This document shows positions 36,690 to 50,520 of a stretch of DNA of 64,000 nt, in pieces (the first letter of the stretch is position 1; each line of letters opens with the position of its first letter). Source of the DNA: Octopus vulgaris. Its lineage: Eukaryota. A program made the position numbers and the translations under genes. The notes beneath the pieces were generated by a model. That model saw only the letters and a program-made list of their open reading frames with translations, was not told the DNA's origin and did no database searches. The stretch is taken from contig OX597818.1 in the NCBI GenBank assembly GCA_951406725.2, forward strand, positions 49,600,001 to 49,664,000. The letters are read 5' to 3'.

Positions 36690-37659
36690 TTAAAGGTGAT
36701 GGAACTTTTAGAACCAGATGGAGTTTCTAAAGTTTTCTAAAGTTTCATTGATGTAAGGAATAAAAGAAATTCTATGTAATTAAGTTGATTAGAAAAATTT
36801 CCTTTGATGACCACATTTCTAACTAATTAAAGCATGCTTACATGTTTTAATTAATTTTAAAAATAATGAAGAATTTGGCAGGACTCAATAAAGTAATTAC
36901 TGTATTTCTTGAAATTGAGGATATGTTTCCTTTTTTAATATCAGCAGCAGCCGTTCAAGAATTTGGACCTGGAGATCTCCATTTCCAGCGACTTCGAGGG
37001 CCACCTCCCAGTGGTGTTGGGCGTCAACGAAGAGCCCTCGACTACAACAAGACGACCAAAGTTGTTTTGTTTTTTTTCCAAGGTCTGGGATCTCCTGCCC
37101 CTAAGCCCTAGATCATCACCTAATCACCCTTACCTGTCTTGCTGCTTAACAACAGCAACAACAACAACAATAGCAGCAGCAGCATTTAATGTCTGTTTTC
37201 CATACCGGCATGGATTGGACAGTTCAACAGGATCTGACAAACCAGGAAACTGCACCGAGATCCAATGTCTGCTTTGGCATGATTTCTATCACAGGCTGTC
37301 CTTCCTACTGCTGACCACTTCACAGAATATATTGGATGCTTTTTATGTGGCATGAGCACTAGTGAGAACAACAACTGCGTTTTTCATAAGCCTATTTTAA
37401 TCCCTCTTGACAGGCTCTTGGTGTAAAATAAAGTGTTAACACTTATGGCATGCAAGTTAGTGGCTCCAGTTTTTTGTGGCTACTGAAATTATTGAGTATA
37501 TAATGACAGCTTCTTGTTTCTCTGGGATTGGTCAGAATGATGTAGACAACCCTGATGAGAATCCAATAAGATTCGAATATCAATTCAGATTTCGGTATAT
37601 GGAGAACTAGCTAAACTTAGCCCTGTTTATAAATCTACTTTGTGGTGTTATCATATACT

Positions 37660-39148
37660 ATCCCTTGTCTTGGTGTTATCAAGTACCTGTAGAAAAAGGC
37701 TTTAACTCCCAAGGACATTCATGCTGACATGATTGTTAGATTAGGGGATGGTGCTCCAGCTTTATCAATAGTTCAAAAGTGGGCAGCTGAATGTAGGAAG
37801 GGAAGGGTCTTGAAGGTAACCCCAAGATGTGGATGTCCTATAACTCTCATCATTAAGGAAAATATTGATCATGTTCACCACATGCTGATGGATGACAGGC
37901 AATCAGCTATAAATCAAATAGCATATCCTGTAAAAGATTTTTTTTTATCTTTTATCTTTTATTTGTGTCAGTCATTTGACTGCGGCCATGCTGGAGCACC
38001 ACCTTTATTCGAGCAAATCAACCCCAGGACTTATTCTTTGTAAGCCCAGTACTTATTCTATCGGTCTCTTTTGCCAAACCGCTAAGTGACAGGGACATAA
38101 ACACACCAGCATCAATTGTCAAGCAATGCTAGGGGGACAAACACAGACACACAAACATACATTCACATATATATACATATATACAACGGGCTTCTTTGTG
38201 TTTCTGTCTACCAAATCCACTCACAAGGCTTTGGTCAGCCCGAGGCTATAGTAGAAGACACTTGCCCAAGGTGCCACGCAGTGGGACTGAACCCAAAACC
38301 ATGTGGCTAGTAAGCAAGCTACTTAGCACACAGCCACTCCTGCACCTATATTGTGCAGAATATTCTCAATATTCTGCACAAAACACTTGACATGACAAAG
38401 TTTTCTGCCACATCTGGCACCTAATCAAAAGCACACCAGGCTAATCACATCATGGAAAAATCTGATATTGTTTGAAGTAGATTCAGCCGGTTTCATTGAA
38501 CATTTCCTAACCCTGGATGAGTGTTGTGTTCATCACTTTGAACCAGAGACAAAGTAACAATCCATGCAGTGGAAACATTCCTCCTCACCCACTCCAAAGA
38601 AGGTCAAGATTGTTTCATCTACAGAGAAGGTGAGGGCCTCAGTTTTTAGGAATGCAAAAGGCATTGTGTTTATTGACTATATTCAAAAGGGCCACACCAT
38701 CAATGGAGAGTACTATATCAACTTACTGAGACAGTTACAAAAGGCTTTCAAGACCAAATGCCCAGGAAATGATGAAAGGGGTCTTGTTTCATCAGGACAA
38801 TGCTCTAGCACACAAGTTCTTGGTTTCAATGACTACAGTGTGTGACTGTGGCTTTGAACTGGTTGATCACTCTCCCTATTCTCCTGATTTGGTCCCATCT
38901 GACTATTATTTGATCCTCAACCATTATTGCAGTGATGACGACACCATATATGTGGTTGATGAGTTTTTTGGGGTTTTCTTGACCAACAAGAAGAAAGCGT
39001 CTTTATCAATGGGATCCAAGCACTGCAACACTGATGGAAGAAATGTGTGGACTGCAAGGGGGTCTATGTTGAAAAATAAGCCTTATTTGGTCATATTCCA
39101 TGAGAGTATCTTGGTCAGCCCATGTACTTTTCAGCCAACTTTTGTATA
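37660..39148 (+). pseudogene. Decayed mariner transposase, interrupted by SINE A (37946-38348, minus)
   Basis: ORF fragments: GDGAPALSIVQKWAAE (HTH), MQWKHSSSPTPKK..KGIVFIDY..GHTINGEYY, GVLFHQDNA..H and HSPYSPDLVPSDYYL (YSPDL motif). Confidence 0.92.
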
Positions 39149-39259
39149 TAGTTTACATAAATATATATATATATAAACAATTCCTGAGCATTATACTAAT
39201 ACATCTGTTTGTTTTGTACACCACCTGTCTTCATCTTTTGTTTCTTTCATGAACTCTCC

Positions 39260-39351
<92 letters not shown>

Positions 39352-39661
39352 AAAGTCGAACACACATATACTGGGTATGTGTAGTAGGCTGCGGTTTTTA
39401 GGCATAAGAGAATATATTCTCTATTGTCTAGAGAATAGAAAATGTATTCTCTTATGCCAAAAAGCGCAGCCAACCCACGATCTAACAACACACATACCTT
39501 GTGTGTTCGATTTTGTTTATATACCCCAAGCTGTTTCTAATTCATATTTGGATCTCTCTCTCTCTCTCTCTCTCTCTAGATATATATATATATATATAAT
39601 TCGTGGTTGAAACCTTTTGGATTAACTAGTGCTAGAGTGAGCAATATAGTGACCACTCTCT

Positions 39662-39742
<81 letters not shown>

Positions 39743-39743
<1 letters not shown>

Positions 39744-40073
39744 TCTCTTTACTCTTTTACTTGTTTCAGTCATTTGACTGCGGCCATGCTGGAGCACCAC
39801 CTTTAGTCGAGCAAATCAACCCCGGGACTTATTCTTTGTAAGCCCAGTACTTATTCTATCAGTCTCTTTTGCCGAACCGCTAAGTGACGGGGATGTAAAC
39901 ACACCAGCATCGGTTGTCAAGCAATACTAGGGGACAAACACAGACACACAAACACACATACATACATATATATACACATATATACAACAGGCTTCTTTCA
40001 GTTTCTGTCTACCAAATCCACTCACAGGGCATTGGTCAGCCCGGGGCTATAGCAGAAGACACTTGCCCAAGAC
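39743..40073 (-). mobile_element. SINE family A (head truncated)
   Basis: Family A consensus match. Confidence 0.88.
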
Positions 40074-40369
40074 ACTATCCCTTTCTTATACTGTTTCTTC
40101 TGTACTTCATGACATCTATTTCTGTTCCTCTCTATACATTCTAACCTCTCATCATTTAGTACAAAGCCACCTCCTGCAATACTACACCCACCCACTCAAT
40201 TGGAGGGTTTTGTCATGCAAGCCACTTGGTGACCTCACAGCTGCTGCTCCTGGTGGCATGTAAAAACATCTAATACACTCTGTGAAGTGGTTGGCATTAG
40301 GAAGAGCACCCAGCCATAGAAACCATGCCACAACAGATATTGAAGCTTGGCTCAGTCTTAAAATAATAA

Positions 40370-41207
40370 TTATGAAATTATTGTATATGGTGCTCAGGTG
40401 CACCACAGCTTGTCAAAAGTATGTATAAAGCATATGCATTAATGTACAAATGTCTGGAAAGCGAACAATGTATGAGTCAGATACATGCTTGCGTGTGTAT
40501 GGAGGGGAGAAAATCAGGTGTAGTGTTGGCGAATCTCAGGAAGCATGGAAGTTTTGAAGGATGCAGTGCTCCGACAACTAACAACCGATGCCGGCAGTTT
40601 GTTCCATGCTTCAGCAACTCTCAGCATGAAAAATGTTTCCAAAAGTCATGGAGGCTGTGCTGTTTTCTGACTTTGTAACCATGCCCACGGGTGTTAGACA
40701 GGTGGAGTTTGAAAAGGTTCTCAGAGTTATTGTTTGTAAGATGGTTAATAATTTTATGGGTGTCTGCCAAGTCAGCTGCCAGACGTTGGAGTTTCAATGT
40801 ATCGATGCCCAGGGAAGTAAGGTGTTCAGAATATGGCAAATACCTGATGGAGGGTATTCTCTTGGTTGCACATCGCTGAACGGTTTCCAGACGATTAATA
40901 TCCTGGGCAAGATAGGGGTTCCAGACCGGTGATGCAAATTCGAGGTGAGGCCGCACCATAGCTATATAAAACCTCAGATAGATAGCTGGAGAGTAGCTCA
41001 CAAAGGACTTGGTAAGTGATGCCAAGACACCCTCAGCCTTCTTGGCAATTTTAGTAATGTGTTTTGTCCAACGTAAATCGCTGTCAACAATAATGCCCAG
41101 GTCACGTTCACAAGAAGACTTTTTGAGATTAGTGTTGTGGGGGGAGTAAGTAGACGCTGGGTTTTTCCTCCCAAAATGCATGGTGGTACATTTGTCCACA
41201 GCCAGTC
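40370..41207 (-). pseudogene. CR1-clade LINE 3' fragment (RT C-terminal region)
   Basis: ORF 40621-41253: KC..MHFGRKN, ERDLGIIVDSDL, VRPHLEFASPVWNPY, LETVQRCATK, TRGHGYK. Confidence 0.92.
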
Positions 41208-42309
41208 TTCTTTCTTGCCAGCTACTGTCAAACCATTTAATCCATCTCTGCATGGAAGAAGGATTTTAAATGATGATGATGATGGTGATGGTGATGATGA
41301 TGATGGTGATGATGATGACAACAACGATGACAGTGATATGTGTGTTTGTTTTTTTTTAGCCATCTATTTCCATGTAAGCATGGATTAAATGAATATATTC
41401 TCAAGGCTTTAATTTTTTTTACAATTGGACGCCTTGCCTGTTTCTGATTCTTATTAACTGTTCTTCAAGTCTTTAAAGGTGCAAAGCCAGCAGATGACCT
41501 GTTGACAGGGGAAACAGCAGTAAAGGCACTGCCTCAAGCTGAGTGGGTTGTTCAGAGAATATAAGCAAACACAGTCATACAAGCACAATCATATGCACAT
41601 ACATGCACGCATGCACATGCGCACATACACACATACACACACAGATGTTTACATGTATGTAAATATCTATGTTAGCTCCTGGTAAATTCTTCTATGTATG
41701 TGTGTGCATATATATGAGAGCATGTATGTATATGTGTGTGTATGTATGTTTGTGTACATATGTGCATCTGTATATATATATATGGGTGTGTGTATATGTG
41801 TGTGTATGTCTCTCAGTCACTTTGATACCATGGAAACAAAGATAAGCTCCAGCCTAATGGGTTTGTAGGCTCAAGACAGATTTTATCTTTTCTTAATAAT
41901 ATATATATATAGACTTATGTTTTTAATATAATGTGTGTGTGTGGGAGTTCTGTGAAGGCATTTGGCTCAGTGGTTAGGGTATTCAGCTCACAATCACAAG
42001 GTCATGAGTTCAATATCTAGTGGTGGATTGTATCCTTGAGCAAGGCAATTTATCTCATGTCTACTCAGCTGGCAAAAATGAATTGTACCTGTTCTGTTGA
42101 TCGGATTAACAGGAATACTCTCTGCTGTGACTAACAGAGTGTCAGTGGAAAAAATATATACTCTTTTACTTGTTTCAGTCATTTGACTGTGGCCATGCTG
42201 GAGCACTGCCTTTAGTCGAGGAAATCAATCCCAGGACTTATTCTTTGTGAGCCTAGTACTTATTCTATCGGTCTCTTTTTCCTGAACTGCTAAGTTATGG
42301 GGACACTCA

Positions 42310-42720
42310 TTTACAAGTACATGCTTGTGTGGCATGGTGCAGAGTCCTGTTGCCAGACACAGGGTCTTCCAACAGCCACCCTCTTGACCCTGGACAGCAC
42401 TACCTCCTCCAGGCACTTGATATGTTGAGTCTGAATCTGTGTGGGAAGATGAATGGTATCATAACATCACCATCACTAGTGATCACTCCAATCACAATGA
42501 TATTGACTGGATATTGATTTTTATTGCTTTTGGTACATGTTTTGGGGACACAGCAAGCCAATGGTTGTTCTGTGTGCTCACCATCTGTTTCTATTTGAAC
42601 TTCTGGTGGGAATGCCAAGCAGTACAGCAAGTTGTTTCCAAATTTCTGGCAGAGTGAATTGCGTCATGGTGCTGTTTTTCTCACAGACAGTGCCCACCAG
42701 ACCCTACTATACTGTGTAGT
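42310..42720 (-). pseudogene. Tc1/mariner-superfamily (maT/DD37D-like) transposase fragment
   Basis: Minus-strand translations YPVNIIVIGVITSDGDVMIPFIFPHRFRLN and VWQQDSAPCHTS. Confidence 0.75.
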
Positions 42721-42932
42721 CAACAAAACCAAGAACAAATAATTCATGTGCTTGAGATCAAAAATATAAAATGGAGACAATTTACCCGTCACACACACAT
42801 TTTTTGCATTAATCACATATATATTTGTATTTATTCTTTTACTTGTTTCAGTCATTTGACTGCAGCCATGCTGGAGCACTGCCTTTAGTCAAACAAATCG
42901 ACCCCAGCCCAAGACTATAGTAGAAGACACAT

Positions 42933-43010
<78 letters not shown>

Positions 43011-43324
43011 CGTAAAGTATACTAGCCATCTCAATATGGCTAACCACTAAGGGTGGGTGTTACTGTAGCTTTTAGCCCCAGGAGATCATCGTCTCCAGCT
43101 GGCTTTAGGCACACTTTCTGTGCCCTTATGGTATTTGCAAAGGGAGGTCATCCCTCTCTCGTAAACTTAAGTGATACGCACGGACTGCAGTTTCTAGGTA
43201 TTTGCCTGTCTTCGGCGTACGGCAATCACCGGTTTTCGATGAAGGGAGACCTGTTTGCAAATACTTATTGTTTTTCCAGTAACTTCCGATATATATATCA
43301 TATGTATATATATATATATATATA

Positions 43325-43577
43325 TCATCATCATCATCATCATCATCTTCGTTTAGCATCCGCTTTCCATGCTAGCATGGGTTGGACGGTTCAACTGGTG
43401 TCTGGGAAGCCAGGAGGCTGCACCAGGCCCAGTCTGATCTGGCCAGCCGTAGAAACATTGCCAGATCAGACTGGGCCTGGTGCAGCCTCCTGGCTTCCCA
43501 GACACCAGTTGAACCGTCCAACCCATGCTAGCATGGAAAGCGGACGCTAAACGAAGATGATGATGATGATAATGATG

Positions 43578-43578
<1 letters not shown>
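43325..43578. repeat. Inverted duplication of a family C 3' end (palindrome, 16-nt spacer)
   Basis: Arms 43325-43443 and 43460-43578 are near-perfect reverse complements. Confidence 0.92.
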
Positions 43579-43625
<47 letters not shown>

Positions 43626-44364
43626 ATATACATACATACATACATACATACATACATACATACATACATACATACATACATACATACATACATACATACA
43701 TACATACATACATACAGCATGGGCTCCTACAACGCAACTTCACTCTATGGAAATATTCTTACACTGTTTTAGTATATGCAAAGCTATGGATGAAATGGAT
43801 GCAGACAATTGTCCAAGGGACTGAGCTATGGGATCAAATTCAGCAGAATGTACTTGTGGAATTGACTTCTTAACCACAGAGCCATGTTTGCACCCATGTC
43901 TTCAAGGAAAAGAGAGAAAAACGAAAGTAAAATGTTTAAGAAACTATTAGTGATCTTTGTTTTATCTCTTTATAAAGAGTTGGCCAACTTGACAGGGTAC
44001 CAAGTTTAACATTTGAATAGTTAGGAATTTACGTCCCATTACTGGTGCTGCACAATGTCTACAGACAGGCAATAAATAGGTCTACATAGCTATAAATAAT
44101 TATAGTAGGTACAATTCACCATTGCAAGTAACCAAAATTACTGTATAATCAACGAGGTTTTTAATAGCTTGCAGTGCTAAATTTCTAATCCTCTCTTAGA
44201 CCTGATGCAGACAATAAGAAATAATTTCAGTGCATGCATTCTCTCCAAGAAATCTCATATTAGGCAAGATCAACAATAGTCCAATCTGTCCGCTATGTAT
44301 TCAACAATACAAAATTATAGAAAACACCAACAAAACTGCTTTTATCAATGAATTTCATCTCATT

Positions 44365-44600
44365 ACCTATTTCTTTACTGCCCACAAGGGGCTACACACA
44401 GAGGGGACAAACAAGGACAGACAAACGAATTAACTCGATTATATCGACCCCAGTGCATAACTGGTACTTATTTAATCGACTCCGAAAGGATGAAAAGCAA
44501 AGTTGACCTTGGCGGAATTTGAACTCAGAATGTAGCGGCAGACGAAATACTGCTAAGCATTTTGCCCAGCGTGCAAACATTTCTGCTAGCTTGCTGCCTT
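44365..44600 (-). mobile_element. SINE family B monomer
   Basis: Consensus match. Confidence 0.9.
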
Positions 44601-44948
44601 AAATATCTCATTAATTTATCTCATTACCATCATTATCATCATCATCACCGTTTAATGTCCACTTTTCCATACTTGGATCAGACAATTTGTTGCAGCAGAC
44701 TTTTCACTGACCAGAGATGCCCTTCCTGTTGCCAACGCTTATCTGTTTTCAGGTAATCTTTTATCTTTTATTTCTTTCAGTCATTAGACTGCAGCCAAGC
44801 TGGGGCACTGCCTCGAAGAATCTTTAGTTGCTGAAGCATTAAATTACAGGAATGTAAACAAACCAACACTAGTTGTCAAATGGTGGACGAACACAGACAC
44901 AAAGACACTCAGATGTATATATTATATACAAATATTTGTGTGTTTGTG

Positions 44949-45268
44949 TCATCATCATCATCATCATCATTTAACGTCCGCTTTCCATGCTAGCATGGGT
45001 TGGATGATTTGACTGAGGACTGGCAAACCAGATGGCTGCACCAGGCTCCAATCTTGATCTGGCAGAGTTTCTACAGCTGGATGCCCTTCTTAACGCCAAC
45101 CACTCCGAGAGTGTAGTGGGTGCTTTTACGTGCCATCGGCATGAGGGCCAGCCAGGCAGTACAAGCAATGGCCACACTCAAATGGTGATTCTTTTATGTA
45201 CCACTTGCACAAGAGCCAGTCCAGTGGCACTGGCAACAACCTCGCTCGAATGTTTTTTCACGTGCCTA
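44949..45268 (-). mobile_element. Family C retroposon nested in a decayed SINE A (44757-45440)
   Basis: Family A tail to the left, family A head to the right. Confidence 0.82.
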
Positions 45269-45625
45269 TATATATAAATATATACAATGGGCTTCTTTCA
45301 GTTTCCATCTATCAAATTCACTCACATGTCTTTGATCAGCCCAAGAATATAGTAGAATACGCCCAAGGTGTCACACAGTGGGACTGAACCCAGAACCATG
45401 TGGTTTGACCAGAAAACTTCTTATCACATGGCCATGCCTATGTCTATCAGTAAAGTAATATTTCTCTGTGGCCAGATATGTTTCTCATGGAAAACTGAAA
45501 GTGAACAACATCACTTTTATGATGGTGGCTATCTTTAACAACCGTCTCATGACATCAATACAAGGGCACACACACACACAATCACTCACACAATCACTCA
45601 CACACACTCACACACACACTCACAC

Positions 45626-45657
<32 letters not shown>

Positions 45658-46959
45658 TCATCAAGGGCTTTTTCCAAATTCCATCTACCAAATCGACTCA
45701 TAATGCATTGGTTACCCTGTAGCTATAATAGAAAACACTTATCCAAAGTGCCACACAGTGGATTGAAACCATTGTTCGAAAGCAAGCTTCTTAACTACAC
45801 AATGATGTCTGCGTTTGTCCTGGATGTAAAATCGAAAGTTTAATTAACTTACACTTACGTATTCCTGTCATTGCAAACGCTACATTTCAGGGCAACACTA
45901 GACAAAGGAGTGTAGCTTGGACACCGCAGATGGATTAGAGACAGCTGATGAGAGATTTATGTGTCAGACAGGAGTAGAATGTGTCATTTTTCCTGTTAGT
46001 AGGAAGTGAAGGGAGGGGTTCAAATTGAAGTGACGTCTATACATTTTTTGTGATGAGAATCGAGGATGGTTTAGCAGATTTATATTGCTTCTTATCTGTG
46101 TTGTTTTATGGTTTTGTTGGTTTTTGTCTTTCATATATGGAAGAAAGATGAATAGATGATGTCTTGTGGTTGTTGTTGAGCATGATGCAATTTCTATAAT
46201 TAACAATGGGAAACCAGTGGCTGTGCGTAGGTTTCTCCATATCTTGTGCCCACTGGGCATACCAGTACCAAATAAGGGGAGGAGAGGGTACAAAATTATT
46301 ATTATTTTTTTTTTGTAGAATCATTAAAGGTACTGTTCCATTATCCAAGGAATGTGTTGTGTACTTATTAAGTTTTGTCAGAGGGAAATATCAGGTTTTC
46401 AGGTATCTCTCTCAACCTATCATTACTTGTCTACTTCTTAGCACAGTGGCCATAGTACGTGTCGTCTTCATTGGCTCCATACTAAGTGATTATGAAATAG
46501 CCCAATGCAACAGTGATGATGCTAGGCTCTTGTTCTATCCGATGAAGGCCTCTGGTAGGAAATCTTTTCCACCACTACTCTCTGATAAATAGTAGCACTA
46601 CATAAAAGAAAGTACAATAGGAAGCAGAAGATGTCCTCAGATGATATTATTTTCAGACAGGAAATTTGGTCCAAATGCTTAAAATATAGTACACCTTGCC
46701 AAAGTCAACCAAAAGCCAAGTAAATATGTTAAACTGGACAGCATGTTGAAGCTCACTTCAACAAAAAAGTGCTATATTATCATTGCACCAGCATTAAAGA
46801 TGGACACAGATATCACTCAGAACCCTAATTAATTATGAGGAAGGTTCTGAACCAGGTTACTGTTTTGTAGCTATAGAAATTACACTTCCCTTGCAATGTG
46901 CTGTATATTGAGATAATTACATCTCAGTGGTGTACACCACATTTCAGTGGATCCACTGT

Positions 46960-47480
46960 AATCCCTATTCGATATCCTTTGCGAATCTTGTCTTTGCTCC
47001 ACGATTCTGAGTTCTGTAATTCCTGTTTCTTCCTGATATCTTCTTTAATCTGTACCTTCCTTTGATGATATCCTCTGTGATTCCTGCCTCTTTGTGATAT
47101 CTCATGATACCTGATTCTGTTTAATTATATCCTCTAAGATTTGTACCTCTGCCTGTTTATGATTCTTATCTGTCTGATATCCTCTGATATTGTTGCCTTG
47201 CTTACATATTCTATGTTATTTTTCTCATTATCTGATATTCTCTGTGATATTGCTGCATCTGATATTACTGTTTCTACTTTATAGCCTCTGTTATTGTTAT
47301 TATATCTTCTGTGAATTCTGCCTCTGCTTAAATATTCTTTATGATTCTTTCATACAGCTTGATATCCTCTGTAATTCTTACTTCTGTTTGATATCCTCTA
47401 TGATAAAATCCTTCCTAATTCTTGCCTCTTTCTTTGCACTTTCTGCGATTCCTGATTCCACTTGTTCTCTGTTATTCTTG
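46960..47480. repeat. Degenerate minisatellite, unit of about 25-30 bp
   Basis: Recurring gatatcctctgtgattcctgcctc-like units. Confidence 0.7.
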
Positions 47481-48757
47481 CCCCTGCTTCCCATCTGTGC
47501 TTCCTGTCTCTACTTGATGATAACTGATGTCATTGTTGTCTCTTAATATCTTTTGTGAATATTCTCAACAAAACTTGAATTGCTAATATTGATCCAGATA
47601 TTCATGTGAAATAATGTATTTATATAATTACCCAAATCATTACAGCATGGTGAAAAATTATATTCTCTACGTATAAAATATTTTAATTTACTTGGTGACA
47701 TTTTGTTAATATGCATGTATTTTAATTGGCAGCTCATTCTTAAGGTTATACATGATGATATGAAAACATCCTTTTCAATGCTCTCCAGAAATTTAAGTAT
47801 ACACTTAACAAAGTTACTGCTGCTGTGCACACACTTTATTAAATTAGGTCTGCTTAGGCAGAAGTTACTGAGGTTATTCTTCAACAACTTCAATATAATA
47901 GTCAAATACAAACTAGAAATAAGTATTTTGTATACAAATTAGAAGGGAAATTAGAAGATTCAAGTACAAATTATAATTGTTATGCAAACAAGAAAGCAGA
48001 AGTGACCAACTGTTACATTTATATGACAGTAATACATTATTACAAAATATACATTCATACCACACCATCTCTCCCTCTCTCTCTTTCTTTATATATATAT
48101 ATATATATATACATTTCCTGTGTGTGCTCTTAGATGTATAACTGATAGTAGGTGAATTTAGAGCTCCACATTAAGTATCATCATCCAGTCTGCTTTCAGT
48201 ACAGTGGTGTGGTTACTTCTGTATTCAACAGTATTACTGGTTATGATATACAGAACAAATGTAAAAGAAAATATAATAAATACAGGATGCAGTTTATATA
48301 CTTTGTACCCGATGTATGTTTCACCATTGCGGTTATTTGCATCCTCTGCAGTGGGTATTTATTTGATGTGGATATTTATTGAAGTAGTTGGTCTGTGTAA
48401 ATGAAAGTAATAAAGTGTTTTCTTTGTACTATGAATATCTACTGAGTGCAGAGGATGCAAATAACCACAACGGCATAACCACAATGGCAAAACACACATA
48501 GGGAACAAGCAGTATACACTACATCTTATGTTCATTATACTTTTGCATATATATATATATCCTTAAATCCTTAAAAATGTTTTAGCCCGAAGGCCGCGGC
48601 CATGCTGGGGCACCACCGCTGTTTAACTGCCCAACTGATATATATATCTATGATATAATATATATGATATATATATATCATCATCATCATTTAACGTCCG
48701 TTTTCCATGCTACCATGGGTTGGACAATATATATATATATATATATTTATACATACA

Positions 48758-48903
48758 CCAACCACATGGTTCCGGGTTCAGTCAAACTGCATAGCATCTT
48801 GGGCAAGTGTCTTCTACTATATAGTCTTGGGCCGACCAAAGCCTTGTGAGTGCATTTGGTAGACGGAAACTAAAAGAAGCCCGTCATATATATGTATATG
48901 TGT

Positions 48904-48946
<43 letters not shown>

Positions 48947-49172
48947 TGTGTGTGTGTGTATTTGTATGTCTGTGTTTGTCCCCCTAGCATTGCTTGACAA
49001 CCAATGCTGGTGTGTTTATGTCCCCGTCACTTAGCAGTTCGGCAAAAGCGACCGATAGACTAAGTACTAGGCTTACAAATAATAAGTCCCGGGGTCGATT
49101 TGCTCGACTAAAGGTGGTGCTCCAGCATGGCCACAGTCAAATGACTAAAACAAGTAACAGAGTAAAGAGAGT
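48758..49172 (+). mobile_element. SINE family A
   Basis: Consensus match. Confidence 0.9.
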
Positions 49173-49194
49173 ATATATATATATATATATATCT

Positions 49195-50049
49195 TAGGTT
49201 GTATTCAGTTAAGTATCATCATGTAGACCATTTTTGCAACAGTGGGTCACAGACTGATCCCTCTGTAATTCCCAGTATCACTTAGGTTTCCAGTTTTCGG
49301 CAGCGATAGCAAGTCTATCTCAGACCATTGTTCTGGCTTCTCATTGTCATTTAGTAGTTTGTTTGCAAATTCAAGGATGATGTCATCTAAATCACACCTT
49401 TTTAGTACTTCTGGTGGGATGTTGTGAGGACCAGTTTGTTTTACTTTTTTTAGGTTACTTGTAGCTCTTTCTATTTCTTGTTTTGTGAAGTCTCCATCCT
49501 CGATTTGCAAACCATTGAGTATCGTTGCTAATTCTTCATTTTCTGTTTCACTGTCAACTTCTGGATCCTTCCCAAGTAAGGATTCCCAAGAAATGAGTGT
49601 ACCACTTCTTGATTCTCACATCCTTTGATTTCCCTTTGATGATTGTTACCGGCGTCACCTTACTGGCATTTGTGCATGTGCTAGTAGGGTGCCAAGAGCA
49701 CCATCCGAGCATGATCGTTGCCAGAGCAGCCAGCTGGCTTCCATGCCAGTGGCACGTAAAAGGGCACCATTCAAGCATGATCGTAACCAATGTCGCTTCA
49801 CTGGTACCTGTGCCGGTGGCACGTGTAAAAAGGTTTAAGCGAGGTCATTGCCAGTACCGCCTGACTGGCCCCCGTGCCGGTGGCACGTAAAAAGCACCCA
49901 TTAAACTCTCGGAGTGGTTGGCGTTAGGAAGGGCATCCAGCTGTAGAAACTCTACCAGATCAAAATTGGAGCCTGGTGCAGCCATCTGGTTCGCCAGCCC
50001 TCAGTCAAAATCGTCCAACCCATGCTAGCATGGAAAGCGGACGTTAAAC

Positions 50050-50082
<33 letters not shown>

Positions 50083-50520
50083 CCCCTGCTTTGCAACCAG
50101 TGATGGAGTTAATCCGCCTCCAGCTTTCTCCGTGTTTACTTTTTGCACCTGCATTTTCGACCTGGGAGATCATTTTATCCAGTTCCTCTTCTTGAATCTC
50201 TTGGTACACCTGTTTTAGACCTTCTTTCTTTCTTTGTGAAGTTTGTTTTGTATCGTTGTTGGCAGCTCTTTGATAGTTGCTAAATGCCTCTTGTACTTCA
50301 CTGCATGCTTTTTCTACCCTAGTATCATCAGCTAACTTTCTCCATTTCATCCTCTTCTTTATCAGTATCAGTTTTGCTGCCGCTTCATCATTTGATTGCA
50401 CAATCTTGCCATATTGCTCTGTAAAAGCATCCCTGTTTTTGGATAGTTCAGCAAATCTGTTATGCACTGTAACCGTATAAAGCTGTTGAAGTTCTGTATT
50501 TCGCAATGTAGACCAATCAT
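49195..50520 (-). pseudogene. RTE/RTEX-clade LINE, inverted 5' part (EN-RT linker to RT domain 1), interrupted by family C (49640-50081)
   Basis: ORFs YDWSTLRN..VHNRFAEL and FTKQEIERA..GPHNIPPEVLK..LPKTGNLSDTGNYRGISL. Confidence 0.88.

Noticed and set aside
45830-46950. Unique-looking region, possibly host exons or a Penelope ORF remnant
   Set aside because: The frames I tried contain stops and show no convincing motif; BLASTX is needed.
47543-47911. 122-aa ORF in AT-rich DNA
   Set aside because: No recognisable domain or splice structure; the composition is typical of a chance ORF in AT-rich DNA.
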